This document shows positions 18,401-27,517 of a stretch of DNA of 64,000 nt, one piece after another. The notes beneath the pieces are model-generated. The model had not been told where the DNA came from, made no database searches, and worked only from the letters and a program-made list of their open reading frames with translations. Numbering within the stretch: position 1 is the first letter of the stretch; the number at the start of each line of letters is the position of its first letter. Origin of the DNA: a virus (lineage: Duplodnaviria > Caudoviricetes); IMG/VR virus record IMGVR_UViG_2905706892_000001, positions 1,556 to 65,555 of that record. One strand, 5' to 3'. The position numbers and the translations under genes were made by a program.

Positions 18401-21400
18401 CACCCATAGTTACCGACGCAAGCTTGTCGCCATTCATTCGGTAAACAACGGAATCGTCGGGAATTGTGTTCATATCAAAGCTGAATACAGGTCGGCCATC
18501 AGGCAGTCTTAAATCGGCCAATGCTGAAATACCGCTAAGCACAGAGTTTGAAAGCTCATTGATAAAGTTAAGGTCTTTGCCCGACGAGTCGTTAAAATCA
18601 ACATCATCTTCACGCATAGCCCAGCGCGTAACCGCATCAACATCAACGCGGATTACCTTACCACTTTCGTTATCACGTGCCATCACGCCACGGTCACTAC
18701 GGTTTTGACCCGCCTCGTCACGGGCATTACGCACACGCTTATTACTGGCAAATGAGCTACGAACACTAGATATTAATCGTTCTTCGGGGCTGGCCTTAGC
18801 TAACTGGCCTATGCCACTATCTTTCGGAAGTATGCCAATTTTTGACAGTAGAGTACCGAATGCAGATAGGTCGTCATTTTCCAAGTATTCCTTAAGCTTT
18901 TTAATCGTACCCTCTGACACATGCTTAGAGTCAGGACGCTTCTCTTGCTCACCGAATGTAAAGGCTGGCGGCTTCTCTGAACCTTTAGCGAACTGGTTAG
19001 TCTTGTTCGAGTTCTGGTTATCAATGGCCTTAGAGTTTGCACTTCTGCGTTTAGGCAAACGATTTCCTAGCAATAGCTCACGTTCGTTAGGCTTAACCGA
19101 CTCACGCATGAACTTAACTAAGCCACTTGCGTTTAGACCAGGCACTTTGCGAAGTAGCTGATAAGCATCGACCGCCGCAGAGGTTCTACGAGTATAGTTT
19201 GCCGCAACTTCTAGGTCGTTTGATGTGGTGTCAATCGTGCTTTGAACATCGCCAATGCTACGTTCCGCGCCATCTTCACCACGTTCAGCATACGCTAGTT
19301 GTTGGTCGTTCCTGTCGCCAAGTTCACGACGCGACCTATCGGCAGCAGTGTCCTCGTACATCTTATTGACGGTTTTCTTATAGGCTTCGTTGAACTCGAA
19401 CTTGTCAACACGCGCTTGTAATGCGTCGATTTTCTTAAGGTCATCTGGCTTGTCTTTAAAGCTGTCACGTTTGCCCAATAAGCTACGCACAACCGGTGTA
19501 AGTTTACTTGGGTCTAACGCGTCATTGTCCTTAGCATTCTTGTTGAACTGCTTTTCAGCTTCCAACAGTTTACCCATATCGCCATCACTGGCCGTACGCG
19601 TTCCCAACTCTCGTTTAAGGTAATCAAGCTTACCAACAACAGTCGTAGGGGCTGGTTTGGGTTTGGCCTTAACTTCTGCTTTAGCCGTTGTGCCATTTTC
19701 GCTACTGTCTGCAATCTTAGTCAACAATGAAAGTTTGTCAGCTTCGAGTGAGCTAGTACGCTCAAGTTCGTAGTGTTGACCGACCTCGTTAAGCTGCTTA
19801 CGGGTAGTGGCTAATTGTGTATCGAATATATCTTTAGCGGCCTGTGTATCTTTGCCCTTACTTTGGATCACACCACGAATACGAATAGCCAGCTTGTCCT
19901 TAACATCTGACAACATAGTCATCGACTCGTCTAGTTCTTCTTTGCTTGGCTTGCGACCTTCTTTAATCCAAGTAGGCGCGCTATCTGGTACGTTCTTCTC
20001 TTTAGTCGTCGGCGCTTTGCCTTTAGGAACTTTAACCGTTGGTGCGTTATCAATGTTTTTCTCTACTTTGGACTCTTTTTTGATGCGCTCGCTATTTTTG
20101 ATGCGGGCAGACTTAACCTTGGAGTAGTCACGGAACATCGCACGGCCATCGAACTTGTTAGCGTTTCGGTAGACAATGTTATTGAACTCAGGATTGATAG
20201 CACCCAACGCCCCTTTAAGCGCAACATCTGTGCCCACATCTTCGGCCATTGTTAGCTTTTCGCGTTGTTCGTCAGTCAGTTTAAGCTTACCTTCGCGTGA
20301 CATACTAACGACTTTACGGAACACATTAGCAAGGGCTGCATCCCCTTTGGCCTTGTCATAACCACCCGACAACGGTGTTTTAGAACCGTAATGAGAATCG
20401 GCTGAATAGCTCGCCAGTTCTTCATCCGTAAGTGTTCCCGAGTCAACGAGTGCCCCTACCTGTTTCTCATCAAGCGGTTTGCCCTCAGGCTCAAGCATCT
20501 TACGTAATTCATCGTAGCGTTCAGTCTTAAGATTCGGCACATCGCGAGAGGTCATAGAGTCAAATTGCCCTTGGCCTACAACACCCGCATCAACATCGGC
20601 ATCATCACCCGCAGCAGTTTTACGCGCCTTAGGCTTACGCTTTGCAACACGTTCAACATTCAGTTCTAACGACTCAGACCCATCGTATGCAGGCGCTTCG
20701 TTTTCAGATTCTTCTACGGTGTCCTCTTTCCAGCCGTGAGCATCAACAGCTTCGCCCTCAGCATCAGCACCGCGTCTAGCTTCGTTGTAGTCACGCATGT
20801 AACCAACAGAGTTACCCAAGCTCGATGCGATACCACCGACAGCACCACCCCCAATAACAGCTCGAATGCCCGCTTCAACAATATCGCGTGTTTCAAGATT
20901 CCAATCAGTGCCGCCCATTTCGGTTGCAATAACTTCATCAATCACTACTTGCGCTGTGGAGGTAGCACCTTCGATGCCTGCACCCAATGCGGCGGTATTC
21001 ATAACGTCTTTTAAGCGCTTTGCAACCGATGGTTTAGCCAATGCATCAAGGACAGGTTGCGCCGCTGCCTCTGACATTCCTGTGGCTCTAAGTGATTTGC
21101 TCATAACAGCAATAAATGGAAGCGCATTAGTCGCCGCACCCACAAGGCCTGAGGCCAATGTAGAGCTGCCGTGGTCTTCATTACCCGAAGCATCAAGACG
21201 ATTTTCCATCGCCCCCGCTGCCTGAGCAAAACCAGATACAGCAGGCCCCGCGTACAATCCAGCCTTAACACCCTTCATTAACGAACGCGTTGCCGTAGCG
21301 CGCATTGCACCCATTAGGCCTGCACCAACAACAGCACCCGTACCGCCTGTAGCCGCGCCGACTGCAACAGTACCCGCAGTTGCTATCGCATCAACAATAA

Positions 21401-22193
21401 GACCAGGAGCAGCCTCGCCCAATGTTTCAACAACATAATCTACTGCATCGCCAAAGCCTTGAACCTTATCGACTGACTCGAATTGACGCTTGTTAGCGGA
21501 GGCTGCTACGCCATGTTCAAATGCAACAAGCTCACCTTCTTCTTTCCACTCGTCATTGCCAAGTGATTCACCGATATAGTTTAGCGCGCCACCTAATGCG
21601 GCTTTAGTTTCATCCGTTCCGCGATCAAATGCACGGCTAAACGTACCACGGCGGTCACGTATTTTGGGTTGGAACTCACCGCCCATCCATGATGTAAACT
21701 CGTCGTTTGTGTCGCGAAGCTCTTGGCCTACAGCGTTCATATCTGTGTTGCTGGTAGACTCGTAACCGAGTGCGCGACGCGTAATACCTGTTAGTGACGC
21801 TTGCATAGAATCAGCATCTTGAGTTGGCATTGCCGCCCCCGAACGTACTAAATCACCCGCAACGTCTAGGCCGTTCTTGTCACGAAACGTAGAGATTTTA
21901 CGCCCATATGCCCCGCGTTCACCGCCAGCATCTACGTAGCCGCCATCGTCAATAATGCTCTGCGACAATTCTTGTTCTAGCCCCGCATTAATATTTGAGT
22001 CGCTACGCCAATCATGCTCACGTTCAACGCTGTTAAAGCCTTTAGCACGTGCATCTTTTTCGCCACCAATGCCGCCACTGTCGCCATCGCGCAGCTCAAT
22101 ATCGCGTTTATCTGTATTGGCCTGTTGTTCTGCCAATGCTCTATCACCATCATTTGGTTCAAGTAACCTAGCCATTAACTCGTCTTCGTTCAT
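15468..22193 (-). CDS. Very large internal virion / DNA-ejection protein with N-terminal SNase-like domain
   Basis: About 2240 aa, Gly/Ala-rich hydrophobic segment, last of three large genes before tail genes as in podovirus ejectosomes; start could be 22193 or 22211. Confidence 0.75.
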   Translation of the reverse strand: MNEDELMARLLEPNDGDRALAEQQANTDKRDIELRDGDSGGIGGEKDARAKGFNSVEREHDWRSDSNINAGLEQELSQSIIDDGGYVDAGGERGAYGRKISTFRDKNGLDVAGDLVRSGAAMPTQDADSMQASLTGITRRALGYESTSNTDMNAVGQELRDTNDEFTSWMGGEFQPKIRDRRGTFSRAFDRGTDETKAALGGALNYIGESLGNDEWKEEGELVAFEHGVAASANKRQFESVDKVQGFGDAVDYVVETLGEAAPGLIVDAIATAGTVAVGAATGGTGAVVGAGLMGAMRATATRSLMKGVKAGLYAGPAVSGFAQAAGAMENRLDASGNEDHGSSTLASGLVGAATNALPFIAVMSKSLRATGMSEAAAQPVLDALAKPSVAKRLKDVMNTAALGAGIEGATSTAQVVIDEVIATEMGGTDWNLETRDIVEAGIRAVIGGGAVGGIASSLGNSVGYMRDYNEARRGADAEGEAVDAHGWKEDTVEESENEAPAYDGSESLELNVERVAKRKPKARKTAAGDDADVDAGVVGQGQFDSMTSRDVPNLKTERYDELRKMLEPEGKPLDEKQVGALVDSGTLTDEELASYSADSHYGSKTPLSGGYDKAKGDAALANVFRKVVSMSREGKLKLTDEQREKLTMAEDVGTDVALKGALGAINPEFNNIVYRNANKFDGRAMFRDYSKVKSARIKNSERIKKESKVEKNIDNAPTVKVPKGKAPTTKEKNVPDSAPTWIKEGRKPSKEELDESMTMLSDVKDKLAIRIRGVIQSKGKDTQAAKDIFDTQLATTRKQLNEVGQHYELERTSSLEADKLSLLTKIADSSENGTTAKAEVKAKPKPAPTTVVGKLDYLKRELGTRTASDGDMGKLLEAEKQFNKNAKDNDALDPSKLTPVVRSLLGKRDSFKDKPDDLKKIDALQARVDKFEFNEAYKKTVNKMYEDTAADRSRRELGDRNDQQLAYAERGEDGAERSIGDVQSTIDTTSNDLEVAANYTRRTSAAVDAYQLLRKVPGLNASGLVKFMRESVKPNERELLLGNRLPKRRSANSKAIDNQNSNKTNQFAKGSEKPPAFTFGEQEKRPDSKHVSEGTIKKLKEYLENDDLSAFGTLLSKIGILPKDSGIGQLAKASPEERLISSVRSSFASNKRVRNARDEAGQNRSDRGVMARDNESGKVIRVDVDAVTRWAMREDDVDFNDSSGKDLNFINELSNSVLSGISALADLRLPDGRPVFSFDMNTIPDDSVVYRMNGDKLASVTMGAIRANVYHKGRKYNKKVDVVRAPHVDRAVRPLLRKIGLKLSDAPELKTVIATAEHAVKVGNLLPKELVSLVSGIEGNMRKTRTLSDLMPEDIGNVYRDEVSYDDVHTLVQRSIDEGKISEERGDDILRDARSGVFDKDYEQAAKDGGELTIKSERVDNEIANRDEISEVANTRGAIRKTRKTENLSGKKETATREALTENAAKAREDFELAKKSKGDDMVAEVERARVEHTEARRAMKRSLVDAIRRDDVKGHSKAAIRNAHGDLDNAPSDLLHAVGSQERNNSRKPFVNKGDFGDASDVHRDMVQAKHRLERLKGIKAVADASKEGVDVKAAILSEAQRRMEIAELALKSHKDNDVGVGTDISKGRKIQLNRKLMKVVKRNRGLAKKSMFRLLEMTRTRLERIHPDAALRADKFTAIQRNATEYYASRIGKDVGNNKAIQKGYEDSVRKVNSPERTKYEAFLKDLNEYTRKNDKSFESVSSKVHLDTHVIERNREGFLSILREGNVKNPESLLESILEGRGYPEFAIRPELSNPPRAGRKVLDPLYDKLKEGKFVDTDAPRHLLRLVNSATSWAAWNKTHGSMVDGKWDSNGEFNRIQSEVHTGNRHEFSKLYQGVTGRLGMSMSPKLRALNSAALGFQAATVLWFTGLASIPEVAATYARMRGDTDGMLNDAKSVLTSVGREKMYKVARDYDIITNDAIEHSLQEMYNMNDLSTGRVSQKIQGTVFRLNGQNYVTKMTRAIATKAAERYMIRAVEEGSSGVARLKELGVTAKDVTEFKDKADLNTPAGKRYRDAVHQFVNEAVTNPRATQLPLVANDPRFLLVTTLKKFFYGFYDNVHKSLAKGFKDKDSSVNPMMAVAVTAAVAVPLALVAEVIREQIRYPFGRPKWQGERNIGDWGGAVFAATGLLGPATMAESIYAGTTYGNHPVVAAAGPSAQFAVDVATLEMQPSRIVPLANQIPWLAQPINEGVKNLIK

Positions 22194-22194
22194 A

Positions 22195-22229
22195 CAAAAA
22201 ATCCCTAACATTTAACTGTTAGGGATTTT
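22195..22229 (-). terminator. Perfect 13-bp hairpin, terminator-like, covering the RBS of the giant gene
   Basis: AAAATCCCTAACA-TTTAAC-TGTTAGGGATTTT; minus strand gives stem plus TTTTTT. Confidence 0.6.
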
Positions 22230-22253
22230 ATCACACTACTACTTAGTTACTTT

Positions 22254-22268
22254 AACAGTATTACTACT
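22254..22268. promoter_or_regulatory. Operator-like motif
   Basis: AACAGT-ATT-ACTACT; extended -10-like TGATAAAAT just downstream on the minus strand. Confidence 0.7.
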
Positions 22269-24162
22269 AAAGGTTGTCGGAAGTAAAACCTGTATCAAAC
22301 AGTTTTTGACGTTCTTCATTCCAGTCTAAGCCCTTTTCCTTTGCGGCATCTGAATATCTCATTAGCTTTTTATCATACGCATTACGCACCTCACGAAGCG
22401 AACGGCCTGAGTTCTTAGACGCGCCTAAAATCGTCTGTGCCGCGTTTGGCTTGAACTTACCCAATGCTGTATTGATAAATGGTAGAACAGTCTCAGCAGA
22501 CAGGTTGTTGTCCTCTCCTTTATTTGCCAAGAACGAACGAACACCCTCATTGAACATAGCGCCGAACTTAGGGTCTTTCATCTGGTCAATGCTGAACGTT
22601 TCGCTACCCATAAGGCTTGTTGCCAACGCTTTAACACGGCCACGAACACCCGCAGCTTGTTGTCCTTTAAGCCCCATTCGACCACTATACCAATCAGCAA
22701 TATTAGAACCTTCATCCTGTAGGAACTCCAACGCATCATTTCGGCGCTTAACATCGCTTTTATAATTCTTACCCGCTAAGTCAACATACTTGCGCTGGGC
22801 ATCAAAGCGTTTTGCTTCGGCTGTTGCTACGGCCGCTTGACCTCTGGCCTCTGCCACATCAAGTGCCACATTATGCTTGTCCAATTCCATCTTAGACACA
22901 CGCATATCGCCCGTTTCCATGTAGTTACGCATCTGACCTTCGTCAATGTTATTAGTAAGGTAAAGCTCACCCACAACAGCAGCACGTTTACGGCGAGTTG
23001 CATACTTTTCATGAATGGCTTGCATACGCGTTTCAACATCATCGGACTGCAACACAGGCTTAAGCTCTGCTCTGGCCTTAAGCGGTGGTGAACCCATGCT
23101 CTCTACCGTTTCTTTGGTATCCACAAGGTCATCGACACCCTCCGGCGTTTCTACTTTATTGCTAGGGAGTATCTTAACCTCGCCCTTTTTCTCGATACTA
23201 GCTTTAGCATTTTTGCCCATAACGAATTGGTTGGCCGTCTTCTTAACCGTATCACCAAAGCCACGTTCCTTAGCGCCATCAGACAACCAGTTACCCGCTT
23301 CCATGATTTTTCTAGCACCCGCTGCACCTTTGTTATACATCTGTTCGAGGCCAACAAACACACTCTCTGCCATCTTACGCTGCACGAAACCTATCGGGTT
23401 CGCCAAGTCGCTAGCTGTTACAGAACCATCGCCCTCAGGCTTAACAGTTGGCGCACCTTCGCCCGCATTGATAGGCACATCACTGTCAGGTGAAGTCTGC
23501 TTACCTTTCAACAGTCCATGAGACTTAAGGTTAGACATAAACTCCGATTCACTGGCTTCACGAATGTTGCCATTTTCATCTGAGGTAAAGCCTGCACGGA
23601 TATAGGCCGAATGGTTTTCAGGTTCAACGCCATTCTTTTCAGCAATATCAATACTGCGCTGTGCATGTTCCTGTAGGCGCGGTAAGTCTTCGTTCTTGGC
23701 ACGAAGCGGCTTACTCTTGTTATCGTTTGGGTTTGACGTTAGCTGCGTTTGTTCCCCGTTATCTTTTAGAACACCAAATGAAGTCGTGCCATCGCCATTG
23801 TCTACAGGGGTAATTTCGTCACCACTGCGGCTAACAGAGCGAGACAAACGCTGGTTGCGCTGAATTGCGGCCTGTTCCTGCGCATCAATATCACCCGATA
23901 TACTGTCTACATAAGACTGACGCGCCTGCTTAGATTGGTCACGCTCAGCTACCTTGTTGTCGTACTCGTCCGTCTGTCTGTTGAACAACGTTTCCGAACG
24001 GTTGTCAGCAATAGCTTGTCGTGACGAACGTTCTTCATCTAATTTTGCTTGTCGGTTACGCGCGTACGTCTTATCTTTCTGACGCTCGGTGTAATCCGCG
24101 TACTGCCCAATTGCATTAATGATGGCTGTGCCATCGTGCATGCCATATCCTGCCATGATCAT
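22267..24162 (-). CDS. Putative internal virion/ejection protein
   Basis: 631 aa, helical and charged, in ejection-protein cluster. Confidence 0.65.
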   Translation of the reverse strand: MIMAGYGMHDGTAIINAIGQYADYTERQKDKTYARNRQAKLDEERSSRQAIADNRSETLFNRQTDEYDNKVAERDQSKQARQSYVDSISGDIDAQEQAAIQRNQRLSRSVSRSGDEITPVDNGDGTTSFGVLKDNGEQTQLTSNPNDNKSKPLRAKNEDLPRLQEHAQRSIDIAEKNGVEPENHSAYIRAGFTSDENGNIREASESEFMSNLKSHGLLKGKQTSPDSDVPINAGEGAPTVKPEGDGSVTASDLANPIGFVQRKMAESVFVGLEQMYNKGAAGARKIMEAGNWLSDGAKERGFGDTVKKTANQFVMGKNAKASIEKKGEVKILPSNKVETPEGVDDLVDTKETVESMGSPPLKARAELKPVLQSDDVETRMQAIHEKYATRRKRAAVVGELYLTNNIDEGQMRNYMETGDMRVSKMELDKHNVALDVAEARGQAAVATAEAKRFDAQRKYVDLAGKNYKSDVKRRNDALEFLQDEGSNIADWYSGRMGLKGQQAAGVRGRVKALATSLMGSETFSIDQMKDPKFGAMFNEGVRSFLANKGEDNNLSAETVLPFINTALGKFKPNAAQTILGASKNSGRSLREVRNAYDKKLMRYSDAAKEKGLDWNEERQKLFDTGFTSDNL

Positions 24163-24168
24163 TCCTTA

Positions 24169-24867
24169 TTAGTTACTGATAGCGCCGCCTGCCGCACCAC
24201 CAAGAGAAGCACCCGCAGCTGCACCCATAGGCCCACCTACAAAGCCACCAATAACGCCGCCTGCCACTGCGCCAACCTGTGTCATAAATCCACCTTTAGC
24301 AGATTTATACGCTGCGTCACGTTGCTGCTTAGCTTGGTATGCTTGTGACATAGAGGCCGTGCCCGTCGCTTGCAACTGCTCACCAATACTCATTAGCTGT
24401 GTACGGGCTGCTTGTTGTTTAACGCGTTGGTCTTCATGCGCTTGGGTCATAACAGCGCTTCGAGCTGTCGCAACACCTCTTGTTTGTGTCCGATCCATTG
24501 CGCTACTTTGCGATGCTAGTTGGCCGCTCATGCTGTAACCCAATTGGCGATCAACAGTATTCGCCGTCTTCTCGCCTAGGCCATCGCTTAGCTTGCGTGA
24601 CGTATCAACGATTGACGTACTTTTCGACTCGTCTACAAGGTCGTCAACAACGGGCAATGTGTTCTGCTCATAGTCAAGGACTTGCTGGCGGTACATATCT
24701 TCAAGCGAGTCTTCATACGACTTTTCATCAAGCTTTGCGTCGGCGGCTCGTTGCACCATTCCAATTTTGCCCGGACCATATGTTTTCTCTTGTTTGGCGA
24801 GCGCAACAGTTTGCGAATTAGATGGCGTAATAGCCCCACTAGTCGTCGTCTGCTTTACAGTAGGCAT
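24169..24867 (-). CDS. Putative ejection protein with C-terminal glycine-zipper membrane segment
   Basis: GAVAGGVIGGFVGGPMGAAAGASLGG. Confidence 0.7.
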   Translation of the reverse strand: MPTVKQTTTSGAITPSNSQTVALAKQEKTYGPGKIGMVQRAADAKLDEKSYEDSLEDMYRQQVLDYEQNTLPVVDDLVDESKSTSIVDTSRKLSDGLGEKTANTVDRQLGYSMSGQLASQSSAMDRTQTRGVATARSAVMTQAHEDQRVKQQAARTQLMSIGEQLQATGTASMSQAYQAKQQRDAAYKSAKGGFMTQVGAVAGGVIGGFVGGPMGAAAGASLGGAAGGAISN

Positions 24868-25469
24868 TATGTAGTTCTCCCCATCTCGTCATAGTTTGAG
24901 GCAGATAGCGGGCTGAAAATTGACACCTCACCACCGATTTCCTCTTTGTTTTTCTCATCGAAACCATCCGAACGGGCATAGGCCGAAGTCGCCGCCACGC
25001 CGATATCTAGGAATGCTTGTGTCTTCTTATTAGAGTCCGTGAAATCACTTAACGAACGTTGCTGACCCACTGCTGCCATGCTACGTGCCACGCGCGCTGT
25101 GCTTGAGGTATCTTGACGAACAATATCGCCCTCAGTGCCATAAGAACGCCCGCCTTTGCCCGTTGCAGAAATGCCAGTAGACTGCACATCAACGCCACCA
25201 TCAACAGTCTTAAACTCGCCACCTGAGCGTGATTTTTTAAGGCGTGTACGACTAATGCTGGCGGACTCTGCACCAACGCGGGACATAAGGTTAGAACGCT
25301 CGTCACGGCGGTTTGAGGCCATGAACGCATCACGCGACCCCTCTTTTACGGTTGTTCCTTCCTCGAACATCTTGCTTGCAAGCTTGACCTGCATTTTCTC
25401 CCCCTCAGGGGTGGTGGGCTTCTCTGGACTAGACATTTCAAAACTCCATAGCATACGTCTTTGATTCAA
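24867..25469 (-). CDS. Putative virion protein
   Basis: Operon packing; probable start near 25436 (MSSPEKP). Confidence 0.65.
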   Translation of the reverse strand: MNQRRMLWSFEMSSPEKPTTPEGEKMQVKLASKMFEEGTTVKEGSRDAFMASNRRDERSNLMSRVGAESASISRTRLKKSRSGGEFKTVDGGVDVQSTGISATGKGGRSYGTEGDIVRQDTSSTARVARSMAAVGQQRSLSDFTDSNKKTQAFLDIGVAATSAYARSDGFDEKNKEEIGGEVSIFSPLSASNYDEMGRTT

Positions 25470-25827
25470 CGTGGAAACCTACTTGCGCTGCCACGCGACC
25501 CCAGCCTTCTCTTGGGCTGGTGAAAGTCAGTTTACTACACCCCAACTGTTTGACATAGCTAGTAGTATCACTAATAACATCAGGCCATGAATCAAGGTGG
25601 CCTTTCAACGAAGCCGCACATAAAACGTGACACGTATTCTCAGACCATTGGGCAATTAGGAACGCATCTTCCCCCACTAAATGTAAAGTAGCTGCACCAA
25701 CGAGTAACAGACGTTCCACCTCATGCTCAGGGTAGCCCCCGAACTCACGATAAAGCCGCTCAATGAACGGCTTAATTGTAGGGAAAACCCTTGCTATGTC
25801 TTCAACACTGAATGGATCACTTACCAT
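25438..25827 (-). CDS. GNAT-fold-like tail assembly protein
   Basis: KQLGCSKLTFTSPREGWGRV motif typical of podovirus acetyltransferase-like genes in this position. Confidence 0.6.
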   Translation of the reverse strand: MVSDPFSVEDIARVFPTIKPFIERLYREFGGYPEHEVERLLLVGAATLHLVGEDAFLIAQWSENTCHVLCAASLKGHLDSWPDVISDTTSYVKQLGCSKLTFTSPREGWGRVAAQVGFHVESKTYAMEF

Positions 25828-26435
25828 GAAAATCCTGTATTAAACTGCACCGAACGTTTCGGGCGACTGCGGTCATCACGTGCCTCACGCTTAGCCTTGT
25901 CGATACCTTCGCGAAAGTGCATTTCGTACGTTGCGGCCGCTCGGCTGTTAGCCCAAGTAGCATCTGGCATCGACAGTAAACGGGCAATAGCTCCACGCCT
26001 TATAACATCAAACCATTTGTCAGCTAACGAGTCGGGTACGCTTTCTATGTTTCGGGTGGGCTGCACAACAACCGATACCTCAAGCGTACCCTTTTCAAAC
26101 GCGTCTAAAATGATAGTGTTACCACTGTGCGAGAATGACCCCACACGGTTTGTTTTACTGATACGGTGAGCTAGTTCACTAACAAGCTTAAAACGGTCAC
26201 TACGACCCTCAGGCTCGAAATAAGCGAACTTCGTTGACGCTACATAAGTTTCCTCAGGTAACATTTGAAGTGCCGCAGTGTCCTCTACAAGTTTAATGCG
26301 CTCAGTATGTAACCACACTTCCGAAGTCCTAAAAAACTCTTGCAGGGCATAACGTACCTGTCGCGCCACTGTAGGGTCTAACGGCTCTGAAACGTCCATG
26401 CGGATACTGTCTACCCATTCTTGGACGTTAGCCAT
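25821..26435 (-). CDS. Head-tail adaptor-like protein
   Basis: ALQEFFRTSEVW, GAIARLLSMP..WAN motifs; position after capsid. Confidence 0.7.
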   Translation of the reverse strand: MANVQEWVDSIRMDVSEPLDPTVARQVRYALQEFFRTSEVWLHTERIKLVEDTAALQMLPEETYVASTKFAYFEPEGRSDRFKLVSELAHRISKTNRVGSFSHSGNTIILDAFEKGTLEVSVVVQPTRNIESVPDSLADKWFDVIRRGAIARLLSMPDATWANSRAAATYEMHFREGIDKAKREARDDRSRPKRSVQFNTGFSW

Positions 26436-27100
26436 TAACGAGCCCCTATTGGATCACGTGTCACACCATTGTCGCTTTCCATGCTAGCTTGTGTGTCACC
26501 AATTTGAGCCGTAAACACATTGTAGTAACTTTGCGCGCGAGCCTGCATTCCTTCCGATTCAGTGAACTTACCAAACGCACGATGCAAAATGTAGTTAGCT
26601 ACACAAGCGGCGTACATCGTAGGTAATGGGAACGGTTCATCAAGTGATAAAACCTCTGCTGGCGTAGTGCCAATAACCATCATTAAACCATTCTCACCAA
26701 TTGTAGGTGGGTACACATAGAAAGTTCGTGGGTCAGTAAGGCTTACACTGTAGCGGAAGACTGTTAGCGTTTTAGTAGCGGCCATCCAGTTAGGGTCTTC
26801 GTTATCCAGTGTAGCGCGTTCGACACGACGAACTGAGCGACCTTCATCTTCCCCCACCATATTACAAACAACTTCTAGCACACGCGATGCGCCAAGCGCC
26901 GCTACACTCTGTTTAGAGCCTGCGCTTAAGTTAAAGGTTTCAGTGCTGCTGCATGATTCAGGACGTACACGGGCAATCTCGGCACAAGCTTCGTTAAACC
27001 ATTGGATTAACTCAGGGTCACGCCATTGAACACCGCCCTCGTCAATATCACGTAAAAGTACACGGACGCGGTTTGTTAGTATTGTTCCTACGGTTAACAT
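26435..27100 (-). CDS. Head-tail adaptor (DUF6682-like)
   Basis: RVRVLLRD..WRDPELIQWFNEA..IARVRP, FYVYPP, YILHRAFGK. Confidence 0.75.
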   Translation of the reverse strand: MLTVGTILTNRVRVLLRDIDEGGVQWRDPELIQWFNEACAEIARVRPESCSSTETFNLSAGSKQSVAALGASRVLEVVCNMVGEDEGRSVRRVERATLDNEDPNWMAATKTLTVFRYSVSLTDPRTFYVYPPTIGENGLMMVIGTTPAEVLSLDEPFPLPTMYAACVANYILHRAFGKFTESEGMQARAQSYYNVFTAQIGDTQASMESDNGVTRDPIGAR

Positions 27101-27114
27101 GACGTTTTTCCCTA

Positions 27115-27468
27115 TTACTCAGATGCTTTAGTAGCTGCGTTCGCGGCACGTGTTGCCGCGGATTTCTTAGCTGCTTCACTTGCTTTAGCTTTTTTTGCGG
27201 CTTCTTCTAACGCTTTCGTCTGTTCCGTTGCGGCTTCCACTTCTGCTTTAGCCTCAGCGTCTTTATGAGACTGAATCACAGATGCAAGCTCGGCTTCACG
27301 CTCCGCAATATCCATAATGTCATCAAGTGGCACTAGGCCTGCGCGAATTGCATCTTCTTCAAGGTGTTGTGGAACGCTGCGTTCTTCGCCAGATTTAAAA
27401 CGGATAACATGGCCGCCAATGCGGGCAGTTACACGGATAGTGTCGCGAGTAAAGTTTTTCAATTTCAT
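27115..27468 (-). CDS. Hypothetical protein after capsid, Ala/Lys-rich tail
   Basis: GAGG RBS, operon position. Confidence 0.75.
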   Translation of the reverse strand: MKLKNFTRDTIRVTARIGGHVIRFKSGEERSVPQHLEEDAIRAGLVPLDDIMDIAEREAELASVIQSHKDAEAKAEVEAATEQTKALEEAAKKAKASEAAKKSAATRAANAATKASE

Positions 27469-27517
27469 GTTTTTGTCTCTTTAGAGGTCGGGGGTAATCG
27501 TCACCACCCCCTGCAAA

